A stretch of DNA of 64,000 bases from a virus. This document shows, piece after piece, positions 48,521 through 56,728 of the stretch (position 1 is the first letter of the stretch; every line of letters begins with the position of its first letter). Both the position numbers and the translations under genes were made by a program. The stretch lies in the IMG/VR virus record IMGVR_UViG_3300032401_000001, positions 32,001 to 96,000 of that record; one strand, 5' to 3'. A model generated the notes under the pieces. It did no database searches and was not told the origin of the DNA. It was given only the letters and a program-made list of their open reading frames with translations.

Positions 48521-48796
48521 ATGACCAAAATCAAGAAGGCCAAGCTGACGCCGCCTGACCCCAAGCGCTGCCAGGCCGAATGGCGCGGCGGGTCTTTCAT
48601 GACTCTCGGACCTCGACAGATGGAGCGCTGCGAAGACCCACCGGTCGTCATCGTCAAGGAGCTGAAATCCAGCGAGAAAGATGGGCAGTGCGGCGCGATG
48701 AGCCTGTGCCCCGCCTGCCTCACCAAGTTCCTGGCGATGGCCCAGAAGGAAGGCCGCGGCGCGAACTACGAGTTCACGGCCGTCCCCGCGTCGTGA
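48521..48796 (+). CDS. Small Zn-finger-like protein
   Basis: 'RCQA...RC...MSLCPAC'. Confidence 0.65.
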   Translation: MTKIKKAKLTPPDPKRCQAEWRGGSFMTLGPRQMERCEDPPVVIVKELKSSEKDGQCGAMSLCPACLTKFLAMAQKEGRGANYEFTAVPAS

Positions 48797-49065
48797 CCTG
48801 CGACCGCTGCCCCGTCGCGCTGCTCTGCTTGGGCGACCAGCTGCCTACCTCACGGGGGAAGTGCCGCGTCTGCGGTTGCACGGTGGTGGTGCTGGAGAAC
48901 AATCACGAGACTGGTCGTGGTCGCGTCACGCTGCTGCGTTGCCCACCGGAACGCGATGCTGAGCTGGGACAACCGTGGGAAAGCTGCCACCGTTGCATGG
49001 ACGTACGGCAGAGGTGGCTGCTCCACGTCGATCGAACCGACATCGAGGATCTCCGTGACCTGTGA
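48793..49065 (+). CDS. C8 family paralogue 17
   Basis: (GTG)TCDRCPVALLC...CRVC...LRC...CHRC. Confidence 0.75.
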   Translation: MTCDRCPVALLCLGDQLPTSRGKCRVCGCTVVVLENNHETGRGRVTLLRCPPERDAELGQPWESCHRCMDVRQRWLLHVDRTDIEDLRDL

Positions 49066-49315
49066 CCACTGTCCGGTGAGCCTGTGCTGCCTCGGTGACC
49101 GGCTGCACCTCTACAGCATCTGCCCTCGCTGTGAACGCGTAGTCATTCAACTCCACGAGCAGGTGCGCGCTCAGCCACCCTACGGTGACTACCTGGTGCT
49201 GCGCTGCGAAACTCTACGGCAGCACGGCAGTGTCAATCAACTGGGGGCCGGTTGTCCCCTGTGTCAGCCCGGCACCTTCGGCTGGGAGAAGAACCATATC
49301 GAAGTGCTGGAGTAA
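49055..49315 (+). CDS. C8 family paralogue 18
   Basis: (GTG)TCDHCPVSLCC...CPRC...LRC...CPLC. Confidence 0.75.
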   Translation: MTCDHCPVSLCCLGDRLHLYSICPRCERVVIQLHEQVRAQPPYGDYLVLRCETLRQHGSVNQLGAGCPLCQPGTFGWEKNHIEVLE

Positions 49316-49321
49316 CCGCGG

Positions 49322-49681
49322 ATGACCTGCGACCAGTGCCCGATTTCACTGCTCTGTCTCGGGAACCAGCTCGCGCTGCACGGTCAGACGGGCATGGTGT
49401 GCTTCCACTGCTGGCGCTTCTTCACCGCCTTCGGTGAATGTACCTACGCCCTGCATTGTGAACCCCGCACACAACGTCGTCACCAGCATCGGCACTACCA
49501 CTTCGCCGAAGACCCGCAGGATCACCACGCTCAGCTTCAATACAGCAGTTGTCACCTGTGTGGCCCAGCGCCAGGACGACCGATCTACGACATCTGGGGG
49601 TACGACGACCACGGCGTCGCCACACTGCTCTACCAGGTGCCACGACCCGGTGACTGGGGCTACCACTCGAGGTTCCTATGA
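49322..49681 (+). CDS. C8 family paralogue 19
   Basis: MTCDQCPISLLC...CFHC...LHC...CHLC. Confidence 0.75.
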   Translation: MTCDQCPISLLCLGNQLALHGQTGMVCFHCWRFFTAFGECTYALHCEPRTQRRHQHRHYHFAEDPQDHHAQLQYSSCHLCGPAPGRPIYDIWGYDDHGVATLLYQVPRPGDWGYHSRFL

Positions 49682-49992
49682 GCACTGCTGCGAAGACCAA
49701 GAAGCCACCCAAATTCTCCCCGCGGCTGAAGCAGGGCACCGTCGGTGCCATCGTGCGCTATTGCGGCCACGAAGGGACGTTCGTCGCGGACATTCTGTTG
49801 GTCGCCGGCGCTGCGGTGGTCCGCGCGCCCGGCCCGGTCAACGGCGAGAACTTGAATCGCGACCCGGTCTCCTACCGCTGGGCCACGCATTGGCTGCTCG
49901 ACTTCCCTTGCGCCGGCTACTGGCGTCCGGATCAGGGAACGTTCGTGGTGCCCCTCAAGCAGGTGCGGGTTCTCCCACCGGAGCCGTGCTGA
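49678..49992 (+). CDS. Hypothetical protein
   Basis: Coupled both sides. Confidence 0.65.
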   Translation: MSTAAKTKKPPKFSPRLKQGTVGAIVRYCGHEGTFVADILLVAGAAVVRAPGPVNGENLNRDPVSYRWATHWLLDFPCAGYWRPDQGTFVVPLKQVRVLPPEPC

Positions 49993-50306
49993 TGACGTAC
50001 TACCTCTACGCCCAACAGAAGGGCGAAGGCTGCGACTACACCATCGGCTGTGCCCAGGCCATCTACCGGCTCAAGGCTACGTGCCTGGAAGAGCTCGAGG
50101 CGGACGTCAAGCAGGTGTTCGACGAGTACGGCCTCGCCGGCGAGAAAGAGCTCGCCGAGCTGAAGGTCTTCGAGCTCATCGAGACGCCGGTCATGGGCTG
50201 GTATCGCGACTTTCTCGGTGAACGCGCCATCACCGCCGAACAACGGCGGAAAGACGCGCAGCGGGCGGAGCTGGCCCGGCTCAAAGCGGAGTTGGGCGAG
50301 GACTGA
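49992..50306 (+). CDS. Hypothetical phage protein
   Basis: TGATG coupling; 'QKGEGCDYTIGC'. Confidence 0.7.
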   Translation: MTYYLYAQQKGEGCDYTIGCAQAIYRLKATCLEELEADVKQVFDEYGLAGEKELAELKVFELIETPVMGWYRDFLGERAITAEQRRKDAQRAELARLKAELGED

Positions 50307-50310
50307 GGCT

Positions 50311-50622
50311 ATGGCTTGCGCCGAATGTCCCCTGTCGCTGCCGTGCTTCAGTGGTCACCTGGCACTCAAGGATCTCGGGATCTGCTACCACTGTCGCAGT
50401 GTCGTGCTCTACGACCAGAACTGGAATCAAGTGACGCGGCACGGCTGCGGCAATCTGGCGCAGCTGGAGCGCGCGTTGCAGCGTCCCTACGTGCCGACCA
50501 CGCTCATGAACATCGATCGGCACGAAATCTACGAGTACTCGGTGCTCTGTCAGGAGTGCCGCGCTCAAGGCCGACGCTCGACGCTGGATTTGATCTTCGA
50601 GGCTGAACAGAAAATACTATGA
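50311..50622 (+). CDS. C8 family paralogue 20
   Basis: MACAECPLSLPC...CYHC...HGC...CQEC. Confidence 0.75.
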   Translation: MACAECPLSLPCFSGHLALKDLGICYHCRSVVLYDQNWNQVTRHGCGNLAQLERALQRPYVPTTLMNIDRHEIYEYSVLCQECRAQGRRSTLDLIFEAEQKIL

Positions 50623-51074
50623 CCAGCACCTGCGCGACCTGTCCGCTATCGTTGCAGTGCTTCAGCGGTCACCTCGAAGCTCGCAGCGTCGGGTTGTGCT
50701 TCCACTGCGGCAGCGTGGTGATGTTCGTCGGGGCTGCTCTCAACGTCACCATGCTCACCGGGCAGACGATCACGCGGCGCCACGAGATCGACACGCACCG
50801 CTGCCATAACCCGCTGCAGTTCCTGGATGCCGTGCAATACCCGGTCAGCTACTTTAAGGACAGCAGTCTCTTCGGCGTCCCGCAGTTGATGCCGATCAGG
50901 TTTGATCCGCCGCTCATGTGGCCCGACGTCAGTGAGATCGCCGTGATCTGCACGGCGTGCCGGGAAGCTCACCAGCAGGAAGAGCGACGCCAACGACCAC
51001 GACTCATTCTGCCACGACGATTGTCACAGCCACTGCCATGGCCACTGGTGTTGACTCCCACTGGTGCCAAGTGA
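50619..51074 (+). CDS. C8 family paralogue 21
   Basis: MTSTCATCPLSLQC...CFHC...HRC...CTAC. Confidence 0.75.
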   Translation: MTSTCATCPLSLQCFSGHLEARSVGLCFHCGSVVMFVGAALNVTMLTGQTITRRHEIDTHRCHNPLQFLDAVQYPVSYFKDSSLFGVPQLMPIRFDPPLMWPDVSEIAVICTACREAHQQEERRQRPRLILPRRLSQPLPWPLVLTPTGAK

Positions 51075-51352
51075 CGTGTGACCAGTGCCCGCTGTCGCTC
51101 AGCTGCTTCAGTGGCTACGCCCTGGCGAGCGCGGAGCACTGTGCTCGTTGTAAGCACTGGCGCGTGATCCTCTGCCCCATCGGAGACCTGCGCGACGTGC
51201 GCCAGGCGAAGTTCTACTTCGTTGAGTGCCCTGAAGACGGACCGTGGCAGTCGCTGAGACCCACGACGCTGCGGGAATGGTGGTGCCTCGAATGTGATCC
51301 GGCGCACTATGATCGGCTACTGCCGGATCGTTATCCCGTGCTACTGAGGTGA
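51071..51352 (+). CDS. C8 family paralogue 22
   Basis: (GTG)TCDQCPLSLSC...CARC...VEC...CLEC. Confidence 0.75.
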   Translation: MTCDQCPLSLSCFSGYALASAEHCARCKHWRVILCPIGDLRDVRQAKFYFVECPEDGPWQSLRPTTLREWWCLECDPAHYDRLLPDRYPVLLR

Positions 51353-51655
51353 TGGCATCAGGCCACGCAGCGCGGAGCGGGCGTGGGCGATGGGCATCGC
51401 TGACAACGACAACGCTGCTCGAGCATCGCCAAGACGGTGTCGACGCCACGTCGACGCGGTGACGAAGACGTCGCCGTGATGCCTGGTCCAGACTCGATCT
51501 GGGGGGACCGCTACGCTACCCCCAAGATCCAGTCCGGCTGGTTGCCTGCGAGACCCAGTCGGCGAGGGTACTGCCTCTCGCCGACTCGGTCTCACGGGCG
51601 CCAACCAACGCAGGAGCAGCACGTTCTACATCCGGGTCACCCGTCGGAAACGTAG

Positions 51656-51988
51656 GAACGCACACCGTTCGTGAGTGCCTGAAGTGCGCACTCAGTCGCT
51701 GCTACAGCGACCAGGCGGCTGCACGCTTGCCTGACGACATGCCCGGGCTCGGACTTCAGCAGCTTCTGGCTTCGCCGCCAGCGCTGAAGTCCGCCGGCTC
51801 GAACCTACGGACCTCCTGTGGAGGTCCGCGGTTCGAGTCGGGCGCCCTATAGCGCTCCGCGCGGAGCTCCTTTTCGGCCTCCAGTGGGCTGCCGCTTCCG
51901 GCCGCAGGAGCTCCTGCTACGCGCTAACGCAGGAACGGTTGCAGGGCCGCCACCCCGCGGGCTTCTCCTTTCACCGCGGGGTGGCGGT
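51656..51988. ncRNA. Intergenic multi-hairpin cluster (candidate structured RNA or DNA element)
   Basis: Nine inverted repeats, several abutting, including a 10-bp perfect stem (51751-51792), ~21-bp imperfect stem (51794-51841) and 14-bp perfect stem (51947-51987). Confidence 0.45.
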
Positions 51989-52061
51989 GCCGCGCGCCGT
52001 CGGAACGAGAGGGCCGAAGACGCGCGGCTTTTTAGGTATCAGGAAGAGAAAGGAGAATGTC

Positions 52062-52454
52062 ATGAAGGTGCGACTGTTGCAGCACTTCTTCACCGCCGGG
52101 GGACACTCGATCCCGCTGGCGACGTCGGTTCCCGACGATCTCGAGAAGGCGTACCAGGCGTTCCAGACGCTCATGGGCGCCGCGTGGGTGCTGCGCGAGG
52201 TGCCGCTGCGGCCCAACTTCGCCAACTGGTTCGCGCACTCCGAGGTGGCAGAGTACTCCAACGACGCGCGGGAGTTCTACGCCGAGTACTGCAACGCGGC
52301 GGGCATCGACCCCAACGTGATGCCCGTCGAGCACTTCGACGAGGTGTGCGTCGCCTTCTTCGGCGAGAAGGGCTGTGGCTACTGTGGGGCCACCGACGGC
52401 TTCAATGAGGAGTACGACGGCTGGCCGCGGTGCAACTGCTGCCAGGGCTGCTGA
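52062..52454 (+). CDS. Hypothetical protein with C-terminal Zn ribbon
   Basis: SD GAAAGGAG, very high GC3; 'CGYCG...CNCCQGC'. Confidence 0.75.
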   Translation: MKVRLLQHFFTAGGHSIPLATSVPDDLEKAYQAFQTLMGAAWVLREVPLRPNFANWFAHSEVAEYSNDAREFYAEYCNAAGIDPNVMPVEHFDEVCVAFFGEKGCGYCGATDGFNEEYDGWPRCNCCQGC

Positions 52455-52462
52455 CGCTCCGG

Positions 52463-52493
52463 CGCTCACCACCCGGTGAGCGTCGTGTTCTTT
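52463..52493 (+). terminator. Possible intrinsic terminator
   Basis: 8-bp stem CGCTCACC/GGTGAGCG right after stop, followed by TCGTGTTCTTT (weak U tract). Confidence 0.35.
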
Positions 52494-52504
52494 ACGTCGT
52501 AAAG
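52490..52504. promoter_or_regulatory. TTTAC-N3-GTAAA palindrome
   Basis: CTTTACGTCGTAAAG after a terminator-like hairpin and 14 nt before GGTATAAG. Confidence 0.7.
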
Positions 52505-52565
52505 CGCGCCGCAGTCTCGGTATAAGAAGATGTTCCCGAACCCCACGCTCACGAAAGGAGCGGCG

Positions 52566-52808
52566 ATGCTGGTGAGACAGGGCGGCACCTATTGCATCAC
52601 AGAATGGGACGGCGACACCGCGGTCGTCGAGGTCATGACCGTCGACGGAGAGACCGTCGAAGTCGATGACCGCGGTGAGCCCGAGTTGTGCATTGGCGGG
52701 GATGTGCTGGTGCGCTACGCCAACGGCGAGGTGCTGCGCTCGAGCGCCCAGCACTTCGAGCAGCTGCGGCCGTTCCCGGTGCGGCCGCGCGACACGCCGT
52801 CGGCCTGA
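52566..52808 (+). CDS. Hypothetical protein
   Basis: SD GAAAGGAG. Confidence 0.65.
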   Translation: MLVRQGGTYCITEWDGDTAVVEVMTVDGETVEVDDRGEPELCIGGDVLVRYANGEVLRSSAQHFEQLRPFPVRPRDTPSA

Positions 52809-52815
52809 CGGGGCT

Positions 52816-55566
52816 TCAGTTGGTGGCGGCGTCGGCGTCGTCTTCACGAGACGCCGGCGTTTGTTTAGCTGGCAGCTTCGCCGCCGCCTTAGCGAGGGCG
52901 ATGACGATGGGCCGCCAGGAGCGGCGGGTGTAGTCGCGGGGCAGCTCGATCGCGAGCAAAGCGGCGTCGGGTAGTCGCCGCGCGAAGCGCAGCGGCGGGG
53001 GCGGCACCCGCGGATTGAAGCCGAACTGCTGGTGCAGCTTCAGCGCCCGGGCGAGGCCGTAGCTGAGAATCAAGCGGCGCGCCGTGGCATCGTCGAGTGG
53101 CAGCGAGTGGGCGACGTGCTGGACTTCACCGATGGTGGTGATGAGACAACGCTCCAGGCCGGCGATGAGCGCGTGGGACGGGGGGAACAACGGTGCCAGG
53201 TAGCGCCGCAAGGTCCGCAGCCGCGGGGTCCAGGTATCGTCATCGCGGCCCAGGTAGCGCGCCAGACTACTGCGGATCGTCGGGTCCAGCGCCGGGAACT
53301 GCTGGTAGCTGGTCAGCAGCGTGTGGTCTTGCCATGGTGTCCAACGCTGACGCTCGACTTCTTCATCGGGCATGGCCGGCAGGTCACCGAGAACGACGCA
53401 TTCTGGCTCCGGCGTCACTGTAGCTGCGGCCAACGGCCAGACTCCCAGCGGACCGACACCGCCTTCATCAGCGGTTTCGGGATAGCACAGCACGTGGCGA
53501 CAGAAGCGTGCCCAGGCCAGCACGTAGGCGGCCATGCCCTGATAGTTCTCGCGATAGGCGCGATCTTCATCGCGATGCACAGACTCGGTGCTGTTCACAG
53601 CAGCTTGGACGGCGTCACCCGCGCTGGGGAGTCCATCAGCTTCGGTGTCCTGCAACGCCCGCATGCTAGAACGGGCGTGCTGTTCGAAGCTGGCGATGGC
53701 CAGCTCGGTGAAGAAGTGGCGTTCTTCGATGGTCGGGTCTGAGGTCTGTTCTTTGCCGTCGGGGATGACCACGTGGACGATGCGCCGGTAGTCGTTGGGG
53801 TTGGGCATCTGCTGCTCCGGCGCTCGCACGACCCCGTGGTGGTACCACATGCGGCCGTCCATGCCGGTCTCACGGTTGTGCGCATCAGCGCGCTGCTTAC
53901 CCAGCAATCGACGCTGATACGTGCTGATCTTACCTGTGACCTCATAGGCGCTGCGCACGCCCGCCTTGGCGTAGGCCAGCAGCTGCTGGTCAGTGGCTTC
54001 TTGCAGTACTTCAGCGCGGTCCATCTGGCGCACGTAGGCGACGCGCTCCGCGTCACTGCCCAGCGCCGCCATGAGGTGCTCGCTCTCGAAGAGGTGGCGC
54101 TCGAGCAGCACCTTGCGCCAGACGAAGCGCTCACAGTCAGGGGCGTCAGCCAAGCTCGGGGGGCGGGTGAAGGTCCACTGCCCACGGCTGCGCACGGCGT
54201 AGATGTTCTCGACGTGGTCGTTGTCGAACCACCACGGACACGGCGCCCGGTCCGTGCCGGGTTGATTGCGTTGCAGCTTCAACTGCGTGCGCAACGGCTC
54301 TTCGACGAAGTCATCGAGCCAATCCGCGGGGCGAAAGCGCAGCACCCGCACGTGGACCTGCGAGGGCGTCGGGGGATGACCGAGCTGTTCGGTCTCGACC
54401 CGCCGGCGAATGCGCTGGCGCACGCGCTGCTGTTGTAGCTGGAGATGTTGGAGGTGCCAGGCGCCTTTGAAGAGACCTGGTTCTCGCAACAGCATCAGCG
54501 GATCGATAAGCGTGCAGTTCTGGGGCAGCCCATGCTCGTTGAAGTCGAGCAAGCGGCTTTCGAGAGCCAACTCGAGACCCGGAGACGGCAACTCGCGACC
54601 GAAGAGGCGCCGCACTTGCACTACATCGAGCGCCGGCAGCCCCGCAGCGATGCTGCAGTACTTCGGCAACTCGCGGAGCATGCGATCAACGTCCGACGGC
54701 GCCGGCACACAGTCGGTGAAGAACGACGTGGTGCGGCCCCGGTGCAGCGGGCTTTCCCGCAACCCCAGCCGTTGGTACAGCCGGCGCCGAGCGATCTCGA
54801 CGCTCTCATTGCGTTCGAGCGCATCGAGCTGCCGCAGGTGGCGGGGCCAGTACGGCGATGCGGCGAAACGCCGCCAGTTGACGATGAAGCAGCCGGTGCG
54901 CACGAAGTCGACGCCGATCTCGTGCGGGTCGAAGTTCAAGACGTGCCGCTCGCAGAGGGTGTGCCAGGCGTAGAAGAGCGCCACCAGGGGCGCCGGCAGC
55001 GCCGCGCTGTGTGGCAGGAACTCGCTGAGATCGAGCGGCGGCCGGACGATGACCCGCTGGAGGAATTTCTCCTGGTGATCGGAGATGCGGCGGAAGACGG
55101 TGTAGTTGTCCGGGTCGTGCAACGCCGGGTCGCCGTGCAACGCGGGGTCCAGGACGGAGTAGGTGTGGATGGCACTGATAGCCTCGGGCGCGTTCCCCGG
55201 CAGCTGCAGCGGCCCCAGGAGCGCCTCAGCCCGCTTGCGGAGGTGCTGGAGCCACCACGCCTGCGCTTCGTCGGCCAGCGCGGCAGTGGGCGCGAACAGG
55301 AAGCCTTGCTGAAGCAGGTCGCGCTCCATCTCGACCGGCGTGTAGAGCGCCGCGCTGAGCTTGCGCCAGCTGCGCGGGTTCTCGAGGAGGTGGGGCCAGT
55401 AGATGAGGCCCAGGTTGCGCTCGGCAGAGAGCCAGCGTCCAGACGGCCCGGCCTGCGGAATACCGTAGCTGGCGTTGCGCACGTGCTGAAGTAGTCCGTA
55501 CAATGCACGCGTGTGCGAGGAGACACTTGTGAGTGTATCGCTGGGAAAGCGAGAATAATCACGCAT
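52816..55566 (-). CDS. 916-aa protein of unknown function, lone antisense gene
   Basis: Long open frame; ATG at 55566 has SD AAGGAG at 6 nt; no recognisable catalytic motif. Confidence 0.75.
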   Translation of the reverse strand: MRDYSRFPSDTLTSVSSHTRALYGLLQHVRNASYGIPQAGPSGRWLSAERNLGLIYWPHLLENPRSWRKLSAALYTPVEMERDLLQQGFLFAPTAALADEAQAWWLQHLRKRAEALLGPLQLPGNAPEAISAIHTYSVLDPALHGDPALHDPDNYTVFRRISDHQEKFLQRVIVRPPLDLSEFLPHSAALPAPLVALFYAWHTLCERHVLNFDPHEIGVDFVRTGCFIVNWRRFAASPYWPRHLRQLDALERNESVEIARRRLYQRLGLRESPLHRGRTTSFFTDCVPAPSDVDRMLRELPKYCSIAAGLPALDVVQVRRLFGRELPSPGLELALESRLLDFNEHGLPQNCTLIDPLMLLREPGLFKGAWHLQHLQLQQQRVRQRIRRRVETEQLGHPPTPSQVHVRVLRFRPADWLDDFVEEPLRTQLKLQRNQPGTDRAPCPWWFDNDHVENIYAVRSRGQWTFTRPPSLADAPDCERFVWRKVLLERHLFESEHLMAALGSDAERVAYVRQMDRAEVLQEATDQQLLAYAKAGVRSAYEVTGKISTYQRRLLGKQRADAHNRETGMDGRMWYHHGVVRAPEQQMPNPNDYRRIVHVVIPDGKEQTSDPTIEERHFFTELAIASFEQHARSSMRALQDTEADGLPSAGDAVQAAVNSTESVHRDEDRAYRENYQGMAAYVLAWARFCRHVLCYPETADEGGVGPLGVWPLAAATVTPEPECVVLGDLPAMPDEEVERQRWTPWQDHTLLTSYQQFPALDPTIRSSLARYLGRDDDTWTPRLRTLRRYLAPLFPPSHALIAGLERCLITTIGEVQHVAHSLPLDDATARRLILSYGLARALKLHQQFGFNPRVPPPPLRFARRLPDAALLAIELPRDYTRRSWRPIVIALAKAAAKLPAKQTPASREDDADAATN

Positions 55567-55618
55567 CTGGACTCCTTGGACAACGAATCTGAGGACGTTG
55601 AGAATCGCGGTCACCAAC

Positions 55619-55647
55619 ATTAAAAGCGATTGGACACCGAAAGTAAA
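55619..55647 (-). promoter_or_regulatory. Predicted sigma-70-type promoter for the 916-aa gene
   Basis: Minus strand TTTACT-N17-TTTAAT, ~50 nt upstream of the ATG. Confidence 0.4.
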
Positions 55648-56110
55648 GTAGAATCAACGTCACAGGAGTAAAAAACGACGTTCGGGGGCGCTCAACGGTG
55701 GCGAGACTACATATAGAAGGACCTATAAACGAGAAATCGAAGACATAGCGGAGTAGGAGATAGAGGTAAATGTACGCAGTGTAGGTATCGTCCACTTTCA
55801 CCAACCGCGCCGCCCGAACACCGTACAGCAAAGGGATAGTAAGAGGTTGTATTGATAAGTGAATATAAGGAATCATAGCATCTGACCGATGGAACACAGT
55901 GAAGCAAAGGGTCGCGTGTGTGTGAGGTCTCCCCACCGCGCAGCTCAGCTATACAATAACTTCTAAGAGATAAGTATAAGAAATGAGATGAATATAGAAG
56001 AAGCAGTGCAATTAGGATTGAAGACTTCGTAGGAGACACCATACAGTAATAACGAAGAGAACGCTGATTCTCTGCAAACGTAGGTAAATTGCCTCAGTGT
56101 GAGTTAGTGT
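55620..56110. other. AT-rich, A/purine-skewed non-coding region (candidate origin or control region)
   Basis: Abrupt drop in GC versus flanks; lies between divergent genes; plus strand is conspicuously A-rich. Confidence 0.5.
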
Positions 56111-56319
56111 CGTTGTTCAGTGATTCTAGGCAGCTAAGCTCATCGCAGCGGAGCTCACCGCGGCAGGTCAGGGGCCAGTCAGTCTCCACTGTTCGCACAC
56201 CTGGGGGCCGGTGCAGGTGAGGGGGCGCGCGGCGGGTCTTGCCTACCTGTAGTTTTATGTCGTAGAGTTGTAGTGCATCGCTACGTAACGTCACGTGTTG
56301 TCGTGGTACAAGGCTGTCG

Positions 56320-56649
56320 ATGCCCTGCGAGACCTGCTGCTTCAGCCTGCGCTGCTTGGCAGGTGAGGTTCCTTTCGACGAGCGCCTCGATTGCTCCTCG
56401 TGTGACCGTAGCATCTTCGCAGTCTACGAGTCGTGCCACCCGGCGCGCTACTACGTGGCGCACTGCTCACCGAGCATGTACCAGCGCGAGCCGTTGACGG
56501 AAGGTGTGACCCAGTGCCCATTCTGCCGGCCGTGGGACTGGTCGATCGGTCGCGTCTTCGAAGACGTCAGCACTGGTGAGCGGGTTTCGGTTGAACAGCT
56601 GCGAGAACGTCAACCGCTGCCCGCCTACACCTATCGTTTCTTTCGCTGA
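56320..56649 (+). CDS. C8 family paralogue 23
   Basis: MPCETCCFSLRC...CSSC...AHC...CPFC. Confidence 0.7.
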   Translation: MPCETCCFSLRCLAGEVPFDERLDCSSCDRSIFAVYESCHPARYYVAHCSPSMYQREPLTEGVTQCPFCRPWDWSIGRVFEDVSTGERVSVEQLRERQPLPAYTYRFFR

Positions 56650-56672
56650 GTCGTCGGGCTATTCGTTAAGAC

Positions 56673-56702
56673 TTGACTCACGTCGTTAGCTCTGGCTACG
56701 CT
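56673..56702 (+). promoter_or_regulatory. Predicted sigma-70-type promoter
   Basis: TTGACT-N18-TACGCT upstream of SD GGAGG and gene at 56729. Confidence 0.35.
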
Positions 56703-56728
56703 TATCACTTGACGGAGGGATAAACACA

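Noticed and set aside
51437-51655. 72-aa ORF after paralogue 22
   Set aside because: No clear SD, atypical composition; could be real but unsupported.
51830-51841. GGTTCGAGTC resembling a tRNA T-loop
   Set aside because: No T-stem, anticodon arm or acceptor stem can be built; the sequence is the 3' arm of a long inverted repeat.
55707-56042. 111-aa minus-strand ORF in the AT-rich island
   Set aside because: Composition (Leu/Ser/Tyr-rich) reflects the skewed DNA, codon use is unlike the genome and there is no SD.
33669-56649. Diversity-generating retroelement as the source of C8 variation
   Set aside because: No reverse transcriptase, no near-identical template/variable repeat pair, and differences are not adenine-specific; loop lengths vary widely.
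33669-56649. Integron-like cassette array or CRISPR-like repeat-spacer array
   Set aside because: Genes overlap with no room for attC hairpins, no integrase or cas genes are present, and the repeated segment is conserved at protein rather than DNA level.
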